64,000 bases of DNA from Thermodesulfobacteriota bacterium (GTDB taxonomy: Bacteria; Desulfobacterota; RBG-13-43-22), in the NCBI GenBank assembly GCA_049520575.1, contig JBEKPQ010000004.1, forward strand, positions 5,538 to 69,537, written 5' to 3'. Under the pieces are notes generated by a model. The model was given only the letters and a program-made list of their open reading frames with translations. It was not told where the DNA came from and made no database searches. This document shows positions 28,570-38,321 of the stretch, in pieces. Each line of letters starts with the position of its first letter. The first letter of the stretch is position 1. The translations under genes and the position numbers were made by a program.

Positions 28570-29610
28570 ATGTCGGAGATCGAAAATTTTGTAATGAATA
28601 GAAGAGAAATGACGTTAAGGGAAAAAATGACCGGGAATCAAAGAGGCATTGCCTTGCTGACCGTTTTATGGGTTTTGACGGTCCTGATGGTCATTGTTTT
28701 TTCATTCTCCTATATGGCCCGGACCGAGACCCTTTCCACCTTATCCTTCAAAGAGGGGATGGAGAAAAGATTCCTGGCCGAAGCGGGGGTCGAACGAGGG
28801 GTTTATGAGCTCTTTTACAGACAAAAAATGCAGCCTTCCATAATTAAGGACCTGGTTGAAGGCGGGGAGATGTGGAAAATAGATGGCCGCCCTTATTCCG
28901 GTCAATTAGGGGATGGAAACTATGTCGTCAAGATAACAGATGAATCAGGTAAAATAAATATTAATTCGGCCCCGGAGGTAGTCCTCAGGAAGCTTATCGA
29001 GATCTTGGGTATTGAAGGGATAGACATAGATACTGTTGCGGACTCCATAATGGATTGGAGGGAAAAGGGTGATTTGCGCCGTCTGAATGGGGCCAAATCC
29101 GACTACTACCTTTCGCTGCCCAATCCTTATAAAGCCAAGAATGCCGATTTTGATACCCTGGAGGAACTCTTATTGGTCAAAGGGGTCACCCGGGAACTCC
29201 TTTATGGGGATGGGGGAAAAAGGGGTTTAATCGAATTTTTGACCGTCCAGGGAAAAACGAACCAGATCAACGTCAATGCCGCCCCTAAAGAAGTCCTGAT
29301 GGCCTTTCCGGGGATGACGGCGGATATGGCCGAAGAAATTATCAGCTACCGGCAAAAACAAGAGATAAAAAACATCCAGGAAATCGGCGGGTCCTGGGTC
29401 AATATTCAGGCCTTGATTGGCCTCTATATGCCTATCAGTTATGGCATCAATAGCAATACGTTCACAATTGAATCATCAGGATACAGAGAAAAACCGCAAT
29501 CCGGCTATGCGGTCAGGGCAACAGTTACTCTCTTGACAAATAACCAATATCAAATACTTTATTATAAGACCCCGGTCCATTTGAAACAGGATGAAATTTC
29601 TTCACAATAA
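28570..29610 (+). CDS. gspK: Type II secretion minor pseudopilin GspK
   Basis: QRGIALLTVLWVLTVLMVIV N-terminal helix with no Glu5, typical of GspK. ...GKININSAP...TLEELLLVKGV helix-hairpin-helix-like region. 346 aa. Confidence 0.7.
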   Translation: MSEIENFVMNRREMTLREKMTGNQRGIALLTVLWVLTVLMVIVFSFSYMARTETLSTLSFKEGMEKRFLAEAGVERGVYELFYRQKMQPSIIKDLVEGGEMWKIDGRPYSGQLGDGNYVVKITDESGKININSAPEVVLRKLIEILGIEGIDIDTVADSIMDWREKGDLRRLNGAKSDYYLSLPNPYKAKNADFDTLEELLLVKGVTRELLYGDGGKRGLIEFLTVQGKTNQINVNAAPKEVLMAFPGMTADMAEEIISYRQKQEIKNIQEIGGSWVNIQALIGLYMPISYGINSNTFTIESSGYREKPQSGYAVRATVTLLTNNQYQILYYKTPVHLKQDEISSQ

Positions 29611-31102
29611 CAAGGAGACAGTCAGCGCCATCCGGTCGGCTTTGGAGAAAATGGGAAAAGCCCTCGGAAGGGTGTTGTTTTTAAGCCCGGCGGACGACAG
29701 GATTTCCTTTAAAAAAACCCTTTGCCTGTCTATTGAAAAAGGGAGGGTATCTGTTGCCTTCGGTTCCCGCTTTCTTTCCAGAATAAAAATGAAAGGATTG
29801 AAAGAATATCCTTTTCCCGAAGCAGACTATCCTTCGCCGGAGTTTTTAACCTCCAGCCTCAGTTTAGCCAGGGCCGAACTGAGGGCGGAGGGCTGCCGTT
29901 TGACCTTGAGCCTTCCCAAGGCCTGGGCGGTCGTTAAAACAGTAGAATATCCTTCCAGCATATTGGAAAACATTTCCAATGCTATCGCCTTTGAACTGGA
30001 TCGGATAACTCCCTTTACTCCCGAAAGTGCCTACTATGACTTTAGGATTCTAAAAGAAGAAGAGGGGAAGGTAAATATCACGGTGGCTGCGGTCAAGGCC
30101 GATTTGTTAGAACCTTATCTGAAAGCCATTAAGGAAAGAGGGTTCAAGATCGATCAAATTACGGTCAACCTACTGGGATTGAGTACCCTGTCCCGGTATA
30201 TTCAAAAATCAGATCAGGTACTTTTTGTTGGAATAGATGAAAATCAATTTGAGGGGTTGTTTTTTTCGCCTGATGTTGACCTGAAAGTCTTTTCCGGAAC
30301 TTTTCCGGACGCAGATGAAAAGAGAAAAGCAGGACTGATCCGTCAGGAAATTGAATTAGTAAAATTGGCCTCAAGGGAAACGGATTCCTTGAAAGAAGTT
30401 GTTTTCTTCCTGAAAGATAAAAATCCATCTCTGAAAAAATTGATCCCTATCCACATAGAACGACCTTTTCAATTTTTAGATGAATCGGAGATGCGCCTTG
30501 GACCAATGGAATTGGGGAGAAAGCCAATTCCTTATGCCGCTGTCGGTGGGATGCTTGAATCCTTATGGACCAAGTCGCTGGGCCTTAATTTGCTGCTTAA
30601 GGGGGTTCACAAAAAGTCCAAGCCTCCCTGGGTGATCACGGCCTTTTTGATTTTGGCCTTGGGTGTTTTATTGGGGATTTATTGGGGCACCCCGATTGAA
30701 TTAGAAAAGAAAAAACTTCAAAACATAGAAAACCAGGTTGCCTCAAAAAAGGTGGAAATAAAAAAAATCGACAGCCTTAAAAAAGAAATCGAAACGGTTT
30801 ATGCTGAAATTAACCTTATCCACGACTTCAAACAATCAAAACCTCTGGGTTTGAATATATTGAAGGAACTTACTCTGCTGCTGCCCAAAAATTCATGGCT
30901 GACAAGGCTGAGAATTTCCGAATCCCAGATCAATTTAGAAGGCTATTCTCCTTCGGCCACCTCACTGATTCCAAGGCTGGAGGGATCGAAACTCTTTCAG
31001 AAGGTGGAGTTTTCCGCCCCAACCTTTAGAGACCCGAGACAGAATATGGATCGTTTTCAGATCAAAATGGAAATTAAAGGTCCGTCTGATGAAAAAAAAT
31101 AG
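29591..31102 (+). CDS. gspL: GspL-like (PilM/PilN-type) assembly protein: cytoplasmic actin-like domain, one TM, periplasmic coiled-coil domain
   Basis: ~340-aa cytoplasmic region, TM PWVITAFLILALGVLLGIYW, then a periplasmic coiled-coil/ferredoxin-like tail. Position between gspK and gspM. Overlaps gspK by 20 bp. An alternative ATG lies at 29651. Confidence 0.55.
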   Translation: MKFLHNNKETVSAIRSALEKMGKALGRVLFLSPADDRISFKKTLCLSIEKGRVSVAFGSRFLSRIKMKGLKEYPFPEADYPSPEFLTSSLSLARAELRAEGCRLTLSLPKAWAVVKTVEYPSSILENISNAIAFELDRITPFTPESAYYDFRILKEEEGKVNITVAAVKADLLEPYLKAIKERGFKIDQITVNLLGLSTLSRYIQKSDQVLFVGIDENQFEGLFFSPDVDLKVFSGTFPDADEKRKAGLIRQEIELVKLASRETDSLKEVVFFLKDKNPSLKKLIPIHIERPFQFLDESEMRLGPMELGRKPIPYAAVGGMLESLWTKSLGLNLLLKGVHKKSKPPWVITAFLILALGVLLGIYWGTPIELEKKKLQNIENQVASKKVEIKKIDSLKKEIETVYAEINLIHDFKQSKPLGLNILKELTLLLPKNSWLTRLRISESQINLEGYSPSATSLIPRLEGSKLFQKVEFSAPTFRDPRQNMDRFQIKMEIKGPSDEKK

Positions 31103-31733
31103 AATTTTTATCTGGGCCATTCCTGTTTTGGTGATCCTGATGGGACTGGTCATTTATCAATACGGCTTCCTTCGGATCAAAGAAGAGTTGAACCTGATTC
31201 GTGAGGAACAAGAAAGTAAGGCCAAAACCCTTCAAAAATACCTGGCCATCATTGCCGAGAAACCCGATCTGGAAAAAAGGCTCATCACCATTAAAGATCA
31301 AAGAAGGGCTGAAACGGCAAAACTGATGGAAGGAGAGACTTTCTCTTTAGCCGCGGCCGCTCTTCAGGACATGGTCAAGGGCATCATTACCAGCAGAGGC
31401 GGCATTATATCCAGTGAAAGAATAGGGAAGGAGGAAGAAATCGTCTCCGGGCCTTCCGGGCCCAAAAAAGAGGAATCCAAAGGACCGAAAACGGAAAAGG
31501 GTTTCAAAGTCAAAAAAGAAAAATACGAAGACAAAAGACGATTTAAGGTCGTTAGTGCGAGCTTTGATTTTACAGCCCCCGATACAGGGGCTTTAAGGGA
31601 CATTGTTTTTTTTGTCGAGACCAGGACGCCTTATCTGGTGATCAAAGAGCTTGATTGCCGGGTCAGAAATTTCCGGGAACCGAGGGAACTCATGGTCAAA
31701 CTGGATGTCTCCGCCTTGTATGGAGGCAAATAA
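31089..31733 (+). CDS. gspM: GspM/PilO-like bitopic inner-membrane protein
   Basis: Short cytoplasmic N-terminus, TM IFIWAIPVLVILMGLVIY, coiled coil and a Lys/Glu-rich segment. 214 aa. Positional call. Confidence 0.45.
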   Translation: MKKNRIFIWAIPVLVILMGLVIYQYGFLRIKEELNLIREEQESKAKTLQKYLAIIAEKPDLEKRLITIKDQRRAETAKLMEGETFSLAAAALQDMVKGIITSRGGIISSERIGKEEEIVSGPSGPKKEESKGPKTEKGFKVKKEKYEDKRRFKVVSASFDFTAPDTGALRDIVFFVETRTPYLVIKELDCRVRNFREPRELMVKLDVSALYGGK

Positions 31734-31734
31734 A

Positions 31735-32475
31735 ATGGATCTGATTCGGGTCTTAAAAAATTTTAATGTGTTGAACTGTATCCTGATCATCGTTTTTTTA
31801 GTTTTCCTTTTTGGTTTCCTTCTTCCCCGGGTGGATTCGGATGTTGTTTATGTTCCTGCCCTGATTAAAAAGAAGCCGGTTGAGAAGAACCCCAACGAAT
31901 CCTTGAAAACCCAATCGCCCCCACCCCAAGAATATAGGGATATTGCCGACCAAAATATTTTTCATCCGGAACGTATTATTCCGCCCGAAAAAAAACCGGA
32001 GGCCCTCCTTCCCAAACCTGAATTTGTCCTCTTCGGAACCTTAATAACCCCCAATTTGAAAGTGGCTTATTTGGAAGACAAAAAGGCCCCGGTTTCAACC
32101 CCCGGCCGGGGGCAGAGACAAACCGCCTTAATGATTGGAGAGTCGTTAAGCGGTTTCAAGTTGAAGGAGATCATGACCGATAAGGTAGTGATGACCCGGG
32201 GAGATGAAACCCTTCAGGTTTTCCTGCAAGAACCAGGTTCGTCCAAGGCCAGGGGAACAACCCCGGGGCCCAAATCGCCGGTTCCCGCCCCCAGACCGGC
32301 GGTTCCGCTCCCCGATATATCGCCTCCTAATCTTCCATTTCCCCCACCGGAAAGTATTGGACCTTCATCTCCTGCTCGCGTGCAACGTCCCCTGCCTCCC
32401 GGCCGAATGCCAAGGATTCCTTCGCCTAGCGAGATGCCAATCCCCCCCATGCCCCCACCCATGCCTGGTTCTTAA
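31735..32475 (+). CDS. GspC/PilP-like secretin-interacting protein with a Pro-rich tail
   Basis: TM ILIIVFLVFLFGFLL. Beta-domain EFVLFGTLITPNLKVAYLEDKK...GESLSGFKLKEI..DKVVMTRGDETLQV resembles the PilP/GspC HR domain. C-terminal PxxP-rich tail. The ATG at 31735 follows the gspM stop. Confidence 0.45.
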   Translation: MDLIRVLKNFNVLNCILIIVFLVFLFGFLLPRVDSDVVYVPALIKKKPVEKNPNESLKTQSPPPQEYRDIADQNIFHPERIIPPEKKPEALLPKPEFVLFGTLITPNLKVAYLEDKKAPVSTPGRGQRQTALMIGESLSGFKLKEIMTDKVVMTRGDETLQVFLQEPGSSKARGTTPGPKSPVPAPRPAVPLPDISPPNLPFPPPESIGPSSPARVQRPLPPGRMPRIPSPSEMPIPPMPPPMPGS

Positions 32476-32701
32476 CGACCCTCAAAATTTGGTTCTTCTC
32501 CCAATGGGTTGGTCGAAAGGGGTCGAGGATTCAAGGATTCAAGGGATTGTTTTTTAAAAGAGCTTTTCTTAATGATCGTTAAGGTGATTATCTGAAGGTT
32601 TCTAAGCCCAGGTAAGGCGATAAAGGAGATGTTTACGAGGTGATTATTTTTTTGGGTTTTGTTTGGATTTCCATATGTTGTCATCCGTTAACTGTCCCTC
32701 T

Positions 32702-34774
32702 TCACTTGGCCTCCTTTTTTTCTTTTTGAGGGATTAATTCTTCTATTTTAATCTGGTTTTTAAAACTCTTATCCAACCGGTGTATGTAAAAATCGGTCAG
32801 ATTCTCGGCCTCTTTTTGATTTTTGACCACTCTGGGTGTAAGTAATAAAATGATTTCAGTTCGGGCGAAGGTGTTATCCGTATAACCAAAAAGATATCCG
32901 AGGATGGGGATCTGACTTAGAAAGGGTAACCCGGATCTGGTCCGGCCTTTATTTTCTTGTATCAGTCCGCCAATGACAATGGTCTGTCCGTCCTGGACTA
33001 CCGTATAGGTGGAGGCCTGTCTTTTGGTAAATACCGGATATTCGGATCCGGCGATATTTTGGAAAGCATAATCTGAAACCTCCTGGTTGATCTCCAGGGA
33101 CACCAGCCCGCTGTCATTGATGTTCGGTGTTATTTCCAGGATCACACCGGTATCTTTATATTCCACGGATTGGCCGGTTGTTGTGGTGCCTATTACGGAA
33201 GTGACAATAGGGACCTGACTGCCGATCTGGATCTTGGCCTTCCGGTTATCCGCAGCCAGGATATGGGGGGAGGCCAGGACATTGGTTTTTCCTTGGGTAG
33301 CCAAAGTATTTAAGAATCCCTGGACCAGTCCGGTTTTGTCGATTCCCAAAAAAGAAAATCCCCCTGGCGGGGTGGTTGTTGTAGAACCGGATGAGGTAGT
33401 GGTAGTCGTAGTCGGGATAAAACTTCCCGTAATATTAGCAAAACCTTGACCCATCATTGCTTTTAAAGACCACTCCAACCCAAATTTTAATTCATCGGAT
33501 AAGGTAATTTCAGCAATGAGCACCTCGATCATCACCTGTCTCGGGACCTGATCCAGCTTTTTCAAGGTTTCCAAGATAAGAGCATAGTCCTCGGGTGTGG
33601 CCAAAATGACCAGTGAATTGGTAATCTTATCGGAAAAAATCTTGGTAATTTCAGAAACCAGGGCCTCTCCGCCCATTGAAGCACCAATGGTGGTCTGGGT
33701 TTGAGGCGTGAAGGCAGGTGTGGGTTGGGCTCCGGCAGTTACCGATTTGGACGATGTTGTGGATGTTGTTGTGGATGTTGTTGTGGTTGTAGAGGATTTC
33801 GCTGGGGCTTTTGCCCCAAGGAATATCTGTTGCAGCAAACTGGCCAGGTCATCGGACTTGGCATTTTGAACCGGATAGACAAAGACTTGAGGTTTTATTT
33901 GTTTGAGCCGTTCGCTGTCAAATATTTCGACTAATTGCAGGAGTCTTTTTACATTGGCATCCGTATCCACCAGAATGAGATAGTTTATTTTAGGCACATC
34001 CACAATCACCGCATTCGTGGACAGAAAGGGGGTCAGAACCTTGACCATTTCCGTAGAGGTAACAAATTTTATAGGAACGACTTGAAGCAATCCCAGGCCC
34101 TGCAAGGTTACCTTGTCCGGCTCCCGTCCAATCTTAACCGGGGCCGGTTCTCTGGGCATATCGGCAATAGGGATAATGCGATAAAGTCCACCCTCTTCCA
34201 CAACGCCGATGCCGTTTAGTCGTAAAATAACCTCCATCAAGGGCAGTACATCTTCTTTGGCTACCGGGGACACGGATCTGAAATTCACCCGCCCTTTAAC
34301 TTTAGGGTCGATAATATAATTGAATTGCAGAACACCTCCAAAAATGGTTTGGATGACGGAAAAGACATCAGCGTCATCAAAATTAAAACTGACCTCTCCT
34401 CTTTTTACAGAAGGGGTTTGGATATTGGACAGTGCACTTCTTCTGTTTATAGTAGGATTGGTTACTAATGCCCCTGGTTGTTGGCCGGGAATCGGGGCCG
34501 GCAACGAAGATACTGGAGGTGCCGGTGGCGGCATAACAGATGTTTCGGGTTGTTGGTTGGAAGCCGGTAATGGCGCCGGTGCCTCAGGTGGGGGAATAGG
34601 CATTGGTGGTTGAACCAGGGGGAGTTGGTCCTGGGAAGGTTCCGGGGGCGGGGGCGTTTGAGCCGAGATCGGCGACCACAGGAAAGGCAGGGCAATGATT
34701 ACAAAGATAAGACCGATTAGTCTGAATTGGGATGCCCTTTTCACCAAAACCATAAACCTCCTTAAGTTCATCAA
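32702..34774 (-). CDS. gspD: Type II secretion secretin GspD (PilQ-like), encoded opposite to the rest of the cluster
   Basis: Secretin C-domain ...NVLASPHILAADNRKAKIQIGSQVPIV...TKRQASTYTVVQDGQTIVIGGL. N0/N1-type domains. Pro-rich N-terminus and Thr/Ser linker runs (TTTTSTTTSTTSS). 690 aa. Confidence 0.85.
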   Translation of the reverse strand: MMNLRRFMVLVKRASQFRLIGLIFVIIALPFLWSPISAQTPPPPEPSQDQLPLVQPPMPIPPPEAPAPLPASNQQPETSVMPPPAPPVSSLPAPIPGQQPGALVTNPTINRRSALSNIQTPSVKRGEVSFNFDDADVFSVIQTIFGGVLQFNYIIDPKVKGRVNFRSVSPVAKEDVLPLMEVILRLNGIGVVEEGGLYRIIPIADMPREPAPVKIGREPDKVTLQGLGLLQVVPIKFVTSTEMVKVLTPFLSTNAVIVDVPKINYLILVDTDANVKRLLQLVEIFDSERLKQIKPQVFVYPVQNAKSDDLASLLQQIFLGAKAPAKSSTTTTTSTTTSTTSSKSVTAGAQPTPAFTPQTQTTIGASMGGEALVSEITKIFSDKITNSLVILATPEDYALILETLKKLDQVPRQVMIEVLIAEITLSDELKFGLEWSLKAMMGQGFANITGSFIPTTTTTTSSGSTTTTPPGGFSFLGIDKTGLVQGFLNTLATQGKTNVLASPHILAADNRKAKIQIGSQVPIVTSVIGTTTTGQSVEYKDTGVILEITPNINDSGLVSLEINQEVSDYAFQNIAGSEYPVFTKRQASTYTVVQDGQTIVIGGLIQENKGRTRSGLPFLSQIPILGYLFGYTDNTFARTEIILLLTPRVVKNQKEAENLTDFYIHRLDKSFKNQIKIEELIPQKEKKEAK

Positions 34775-35038
34775 ACTACCTACAAATTTACTCTTTTACA
34801 CTAAAAATTGAAAATAAACAAATAAAAAATTGCAGATCAAATTCAATGGTTAAAATAATATTCTTAAATTTTTTTGACTTTCCTTTTCTTACACGTTCAT
34901 GACCGCAAACAGACCAGGGTGGTTTCAGCCTTGATCTATTTCAAGGCGGATTTAATTTTTTTATTGACTAACCATCTGTTTTGTATTTTAATTTAAAAAA
35001 ATCGGGCAGTGGATTCAGGGAAAAGGGAAGGGAAAGAT

Positions 35039-35467
35039 ATGATTATCCCCAAGAGATCCCAATCAGACCATCGCGGCTTTACCTTGATTGAGCTTATGGT
35101 GGTCATGGTCATCATCGGCCTGCTGGCGGCACTGGTGGCCCCCAGGCTTTTCCCAAAGTTGGGTAAGGGGAAGCAAGCGGCAGCTAAAGCCCAAATTGAG
35201 CTTTTGGGTCAAGCCCTGGATCAATATCGGTTGGATATCGGTTCTTATCCCTCGACTCAGGAGGGGTTAAATGCCTTGATGATCAACCCGGGACAGGAAA
35301 AGTGGGACGGTCCTTATCTAAAGAAAAATCTTCCTTTGGACCCTTGGGGAAGAGCTTACATTTATCAAATCCCCGGTTCGCATGGGGAATATGATCTTTA
35401 CTCCTTGGGTCGCGACGGCAAACCCGGGGGAGAAGGCGAAGACCAAGATGTCACCAATTGGGAATAA
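35039..35467 (+). CDS. gspG: Major pseudopilin GspG
   Basis: G|FTLIELMVVMVIIGLLAALVAP...AKAQIELLGQALDQYRLD...PYLKK...DPWGRAYIY...GEYDLYSLGRDGKPGG. Canonical GspG. The ATG at 35039 has a purine-rich RBS. Confidence 0.85.
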   Translation: MIIPKRSQSDHRGFTLIELMVVMVIIGLLAALVAPRLFPKLGKGKQAAAKAQIELLGQALDQYRLDIGSYPSTQEGLNALMINPGQEKWDGPYLKKNLPLDPWGRAYIYQIPGSHGEYDLYSLGRDGKPGGEGEDQDVTNWE

Positions 35468-35975
35468 AAAACATTTCATAAAAATTCTTTCCTCAATTAC
35501 TGTGGTTTTTTTACTGGGGGCTGCCCTGGTTATTTCTTTGGGATGCGATGTCTTGGATATCAACAAACAAAGCAGCGTCGGCAGCGGAACCACCACCGGC
35601 TTTGGAAGTTCCGGCGGCCAAGTGGCCAATGTTTCGGTGACGGCCGCAAATAACACTATGGTCTCAGGCGGAACCACGATCATCACGGTGATTTTAACCG
35701 ATGCTTCCGGAAGAAGAACCGATGCCTCTATTCTCCTGACTTCTTCGGGGGGCGGTGTTTTTAGTGGAACGACTGGAACGACTGGTGGAACGACCACTGG
35801 AACAGCCACCTTTACCGGAAGTACCCTGGGAGGAATTTTAACCGCTACCTACACAGCACCTTCATTAAGTTCAATTAACCAAATCTACACGGTCTCTACA
35901 GAAATTGACGCCACGGTTTCAGGGACTACTCTCAAAGGGTCCACCTTTATTACTATTACATCTCTTCCTTATTAA
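35448..35975 (+). CDS. Thr/Gly/Ser-rich lipoprotein (Ig-like beta-rich), start overlapping the gspG 3' end
   Basis: MSPIGNKKHFIKILSSITVVFLLGAALVISLGC|D lipobox. The body is TTGT/GGT-rich and resembles bacterial Ig-like low-complexity beta domains. 175 aa. Confidence 0.5.
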   Translation: MSPIGNKKHFIKILSSITVVFLLGAALVISLGCDVLDINKQSSVGSGTTTGFGSSGGQVANVSVTAANNTMVSGGTTIITVILTDASGRRTDASILLTSSGGGVFSGTTGTTGGTTTGTATFTGSTLGGILTATYTAPSLSSINQIYTVSTEIDATVSGTTLKGSTFITITSLPY

Positions 35976-36572
35976 AGGATATAATAGTCTAAACGGTTTA
36001 AGGATGCATTTTCTTCCGTCTGGAGGCTCGCGGGCTGTTCTTTTCTCCGGCTTATCTATGGAAAGGAGCCACGATTATAACTGTTACCACCTGACCATTC
36101 CCTGATAAAATCAAATTTCCTAACAGTCCGCCTTTGTCCGCCAAAAGATCTTATCGACCACAGAGTTGCTGAAATTACCACGGGGGAATTTCTTTTTATT
36201 TGCGGGCCTCTCGCCGAAAATAAAAAATTCCTCTCCAACTTGCCGTTCCTTTTGGATTGTTGAGGAAGGAATTAAATATTTAGTACGAAAACATTGACTA
36301 ATTCTAAAAGATGCCTATTCCATTTTTATTAAATGATACTTATTCTTTCACTTAGAACATACGGACAGCAGGAGGAAAATTGGGAATGGTCAATCTGTCC
36401 TGACCGTATGATAGCCTACTAACGAAATTGAAGGAACTATCGTTCCTCTTGAAAAGAAAGGGGAGCCCCTTTTTTCTTATCTCCAGATATTTTTTTTGAC
36501 AGTTTGTCCATTTTCAGATAAAAACAAAACAAAAAATGAAATCGACCAAAAAGTGTTTCGCCAGACGCCTCT

Positions 36573-37550
36573 ATGAACCCTACTGACAGATTAAGCGAAC
36601 AAATACAAATGGATATAGATAAAGTTCGGTTTTATCTGGAGGGAAACCTTAAATCTCATATACCGTTAATCTCGGAGATCAACCAGCATATCCTTTTAGC
36701 CGGCGGAAAAAGACTCAGAGCCCTGCTTTTTGTCCTCTGTTCCCGGCTTTGCGGGTATTCTGGAGAACGGGCCTATTATTTTTCTTCTATTTTTGAATAC
36801 CTTCACGCTGCCACCTTGCTTCATGATGATGTTATTGACAACGCTGCTATCCGGAGGGGGAAACCCTCGGCCAATGCCCTTTGGGGTAATCCGGCCTCGG
36901 TTTTAGTAGGCGACTTCTTGCTGGCCAAATCCTTTTCACTGGCAGTGGAAACCGCAAATCTTCAGTTTTTAGATGTCCTCTCCAAGACTACGACCAGGAT
37001 GGCCGAAGGCATGGTCTTGGAGCTGATTCACAGCTATAACTTTGAGGTTGAAGAGGAGATTTATAGGGAAATATTGATCAATAAAACGGCTATTCTTATA
37101 TCCGCCGCTTGTCAGACCGGGGCTATCTGGGGCGAGGCCGGCGTCGAAGACCAAGAGGCCCTGGCCCAATACGGCCTGGAATTGGGCATAGCCTTTCAGA
37201 TCATCGATGATTTTCTGGATTATACATCCACCCAAAATGAATTCGGCAAACCAGTAGGCAATGATTTTAAAGAAGGCAAAATTACCTTGCCCCTTATTCA
37301 TGCCTTGACGGTTTGTTCTGAAAAAGATAAAAGTAAAATCAAAGCAATTTCAAAAAAAGATCCTTTTACGAATGAAGATTTTCGGTTTCTTTTTGACCTG
37401 ATTAAAGGCTATGGTGGGTTTGAGTATGCCAGGGGGGAAGCTTTAAAGTCCCAGAATAAGGCGAAAGGGCTGCTTCAAAAATTTAACCCAACTAAGGATC
37501 GGCAGGCCTTGATTGATCTGGCTGATTTTGTGGTAGAGCGGAAGAATTAA
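36573..37550 (+). CDS. ispB: Polyprenyl diphosphate synthase (IspB-like, long-chain trans-prenyltransferase)
   Basis: First DDxxD LLHDDVIDNAAIRRGKPS. Second DDxxD FQIIDDFLDYTS. 325 aa. Confidence 0.85.
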   Translation: MNPTDRLSEQIQMDIDKVRFYLEGNLKSHIPLISEINQHILLAGGKRLRALLFVLCSRLCGYSGERAYYFSSIFEYLHAATLLHDDVIDNAAIRRGKPSANALWGNPASVLVGDFLLAKSFSLAVETANLQFLDVLSKTTTRMAEGMVLELIHSYNFEVEEEIYREILINKTAILISAACQTGAIWGEAGVEDQEALAQYGLELGIAFQIIDDFLDYTSTQNEFGKPVGNDFKEGKITLPLIHALTVCSEKDKSKIKAISKKDPFTNEDFRFLFDLIKGYGGFEYARGEALKSQNKAKGLLQKFNPTKDRQALIDLADFVVERKN

Positions 37551-37594
37551 ATTTTTTAAAAATAAAAATAGCGATATGACAGGAAAAAGCAAAC

Positions 37595-37966
37595 ATGATT
37601 CGATATGAAATGGCCCCGGACATTGAATCGAAACTAAAACGGATTTCTCGTAGGCTGAAAATGGATTATATTGATCTGGATCGAGTCAAGGGGGTGCGAA
37701 GTTACGGCTCTACCGGGAAAGGGGTCATAGCCAGGTGTCATGCCCTGCCCAAGGTGATGCAGCTGGCCCTGGGAATAGATGCCCATTATGTCGTAGAAAT
37801 TTTAACTGAAAATTACGATCGCCTGTCTGAAGAGGAACAAATCAAGATCCTGATCCACGAACTAATGCATATCCCAGAGACCTTTGGAGGGGGCTTCCGT
37901 ATGCATCGGGACCATGTAACTCGAAGAAATGTGGAAAAGTTGTATCGAAAATTGGTTGGAGAGTAA
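37595..37966 (+). CDS. Small HExxH-motif protein (putative zinc metallopeptidase-like)
   Basis: ILIHELMHIPETFGGGFRMH gives HExxH plus a downstream His. 123 aa. Family assignment not secure. Confidence 0.4.
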   Translation: MIRYEMAPDIESKLKRISRRLKMDYIDLDRVKGVRSYGSTGKGVIARCHALPKVMQLALGIDAHYVVEILTENYDRLSEEEQIKILIHELMHIPETFGGGFRMHRDHVTRRNVEKLYRKLVGE

Positions 37967-38072
37967 TAAAAATCATTAAAAGATATTGAAGAGCTAAGCA
38001 TTCAGAATACAGCAGACAGAATTTAGAAGGGGAAACTCAATAATATTATTAGGGAAATATTGAAAGCATAAA

Positions 38073-38321
38073 TTAATCTTCAGGTTCCGAGGCATCGTAA
38101 AGCAGGTTATTGACCATGGAATGTAGTATCCCCGCCAAATAGATTTCATCGTTGATGTCCGAAGAAAGGGAATGATAAACTCCTTCCTTATCCATATAAA
38201 AAACAATAAGTTCTTTTATATTTTCTTGTTCTTCACTTAATCTTTCCAAGATGTCCACCACTTGTTTTTGAGTTCGGTCAATGTGAATCAGCTTGCCCTT
38301 TTTTTCAGACATTCTAAGCAC
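38073..38321 (-). CDS. Hypothetical small acidic protein
   Basis: 82-aa ORF with no recognisable motif. Convergent with the HExxH gene. Confidence 0.3.
   Translation of the reverse strand: MLRMSEKKGKLIHIDRTQKQVVDILERLSEEQENIKELIVFYMDKEGVYHSLSSDINDEIYLAGILHSMVNNLLYDASEPED

Noticed and set aside
31651-31734. 5' extension of the GspC-like ORF overlapping the gspM 3' end
   Set aside because: The ATG at 31735 immediately follows the gspM stop and begins the TM-containing protein. The upstream extension lacks an RBS and would overlap by 83 bp.
32204-32557. Overlapping ORFs (117 aa +, 82 aa -) in the Pro-rich tail region of the GspC-like gene
   Set aside because: Alternative-frame readings of a Pro/Gly-rich low-complexity coding segment. 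The GspC-like frame has the TM and beta-domain.
33701-33934. Cys-rich 77-aa ORF (CCGCCCGCCCGC) on the + strand
   Set aside because: Antisense translation of the Thr/Ser-rich linker (acc/agc repeats) of the secretin gene. A repetitive-codon artefact.
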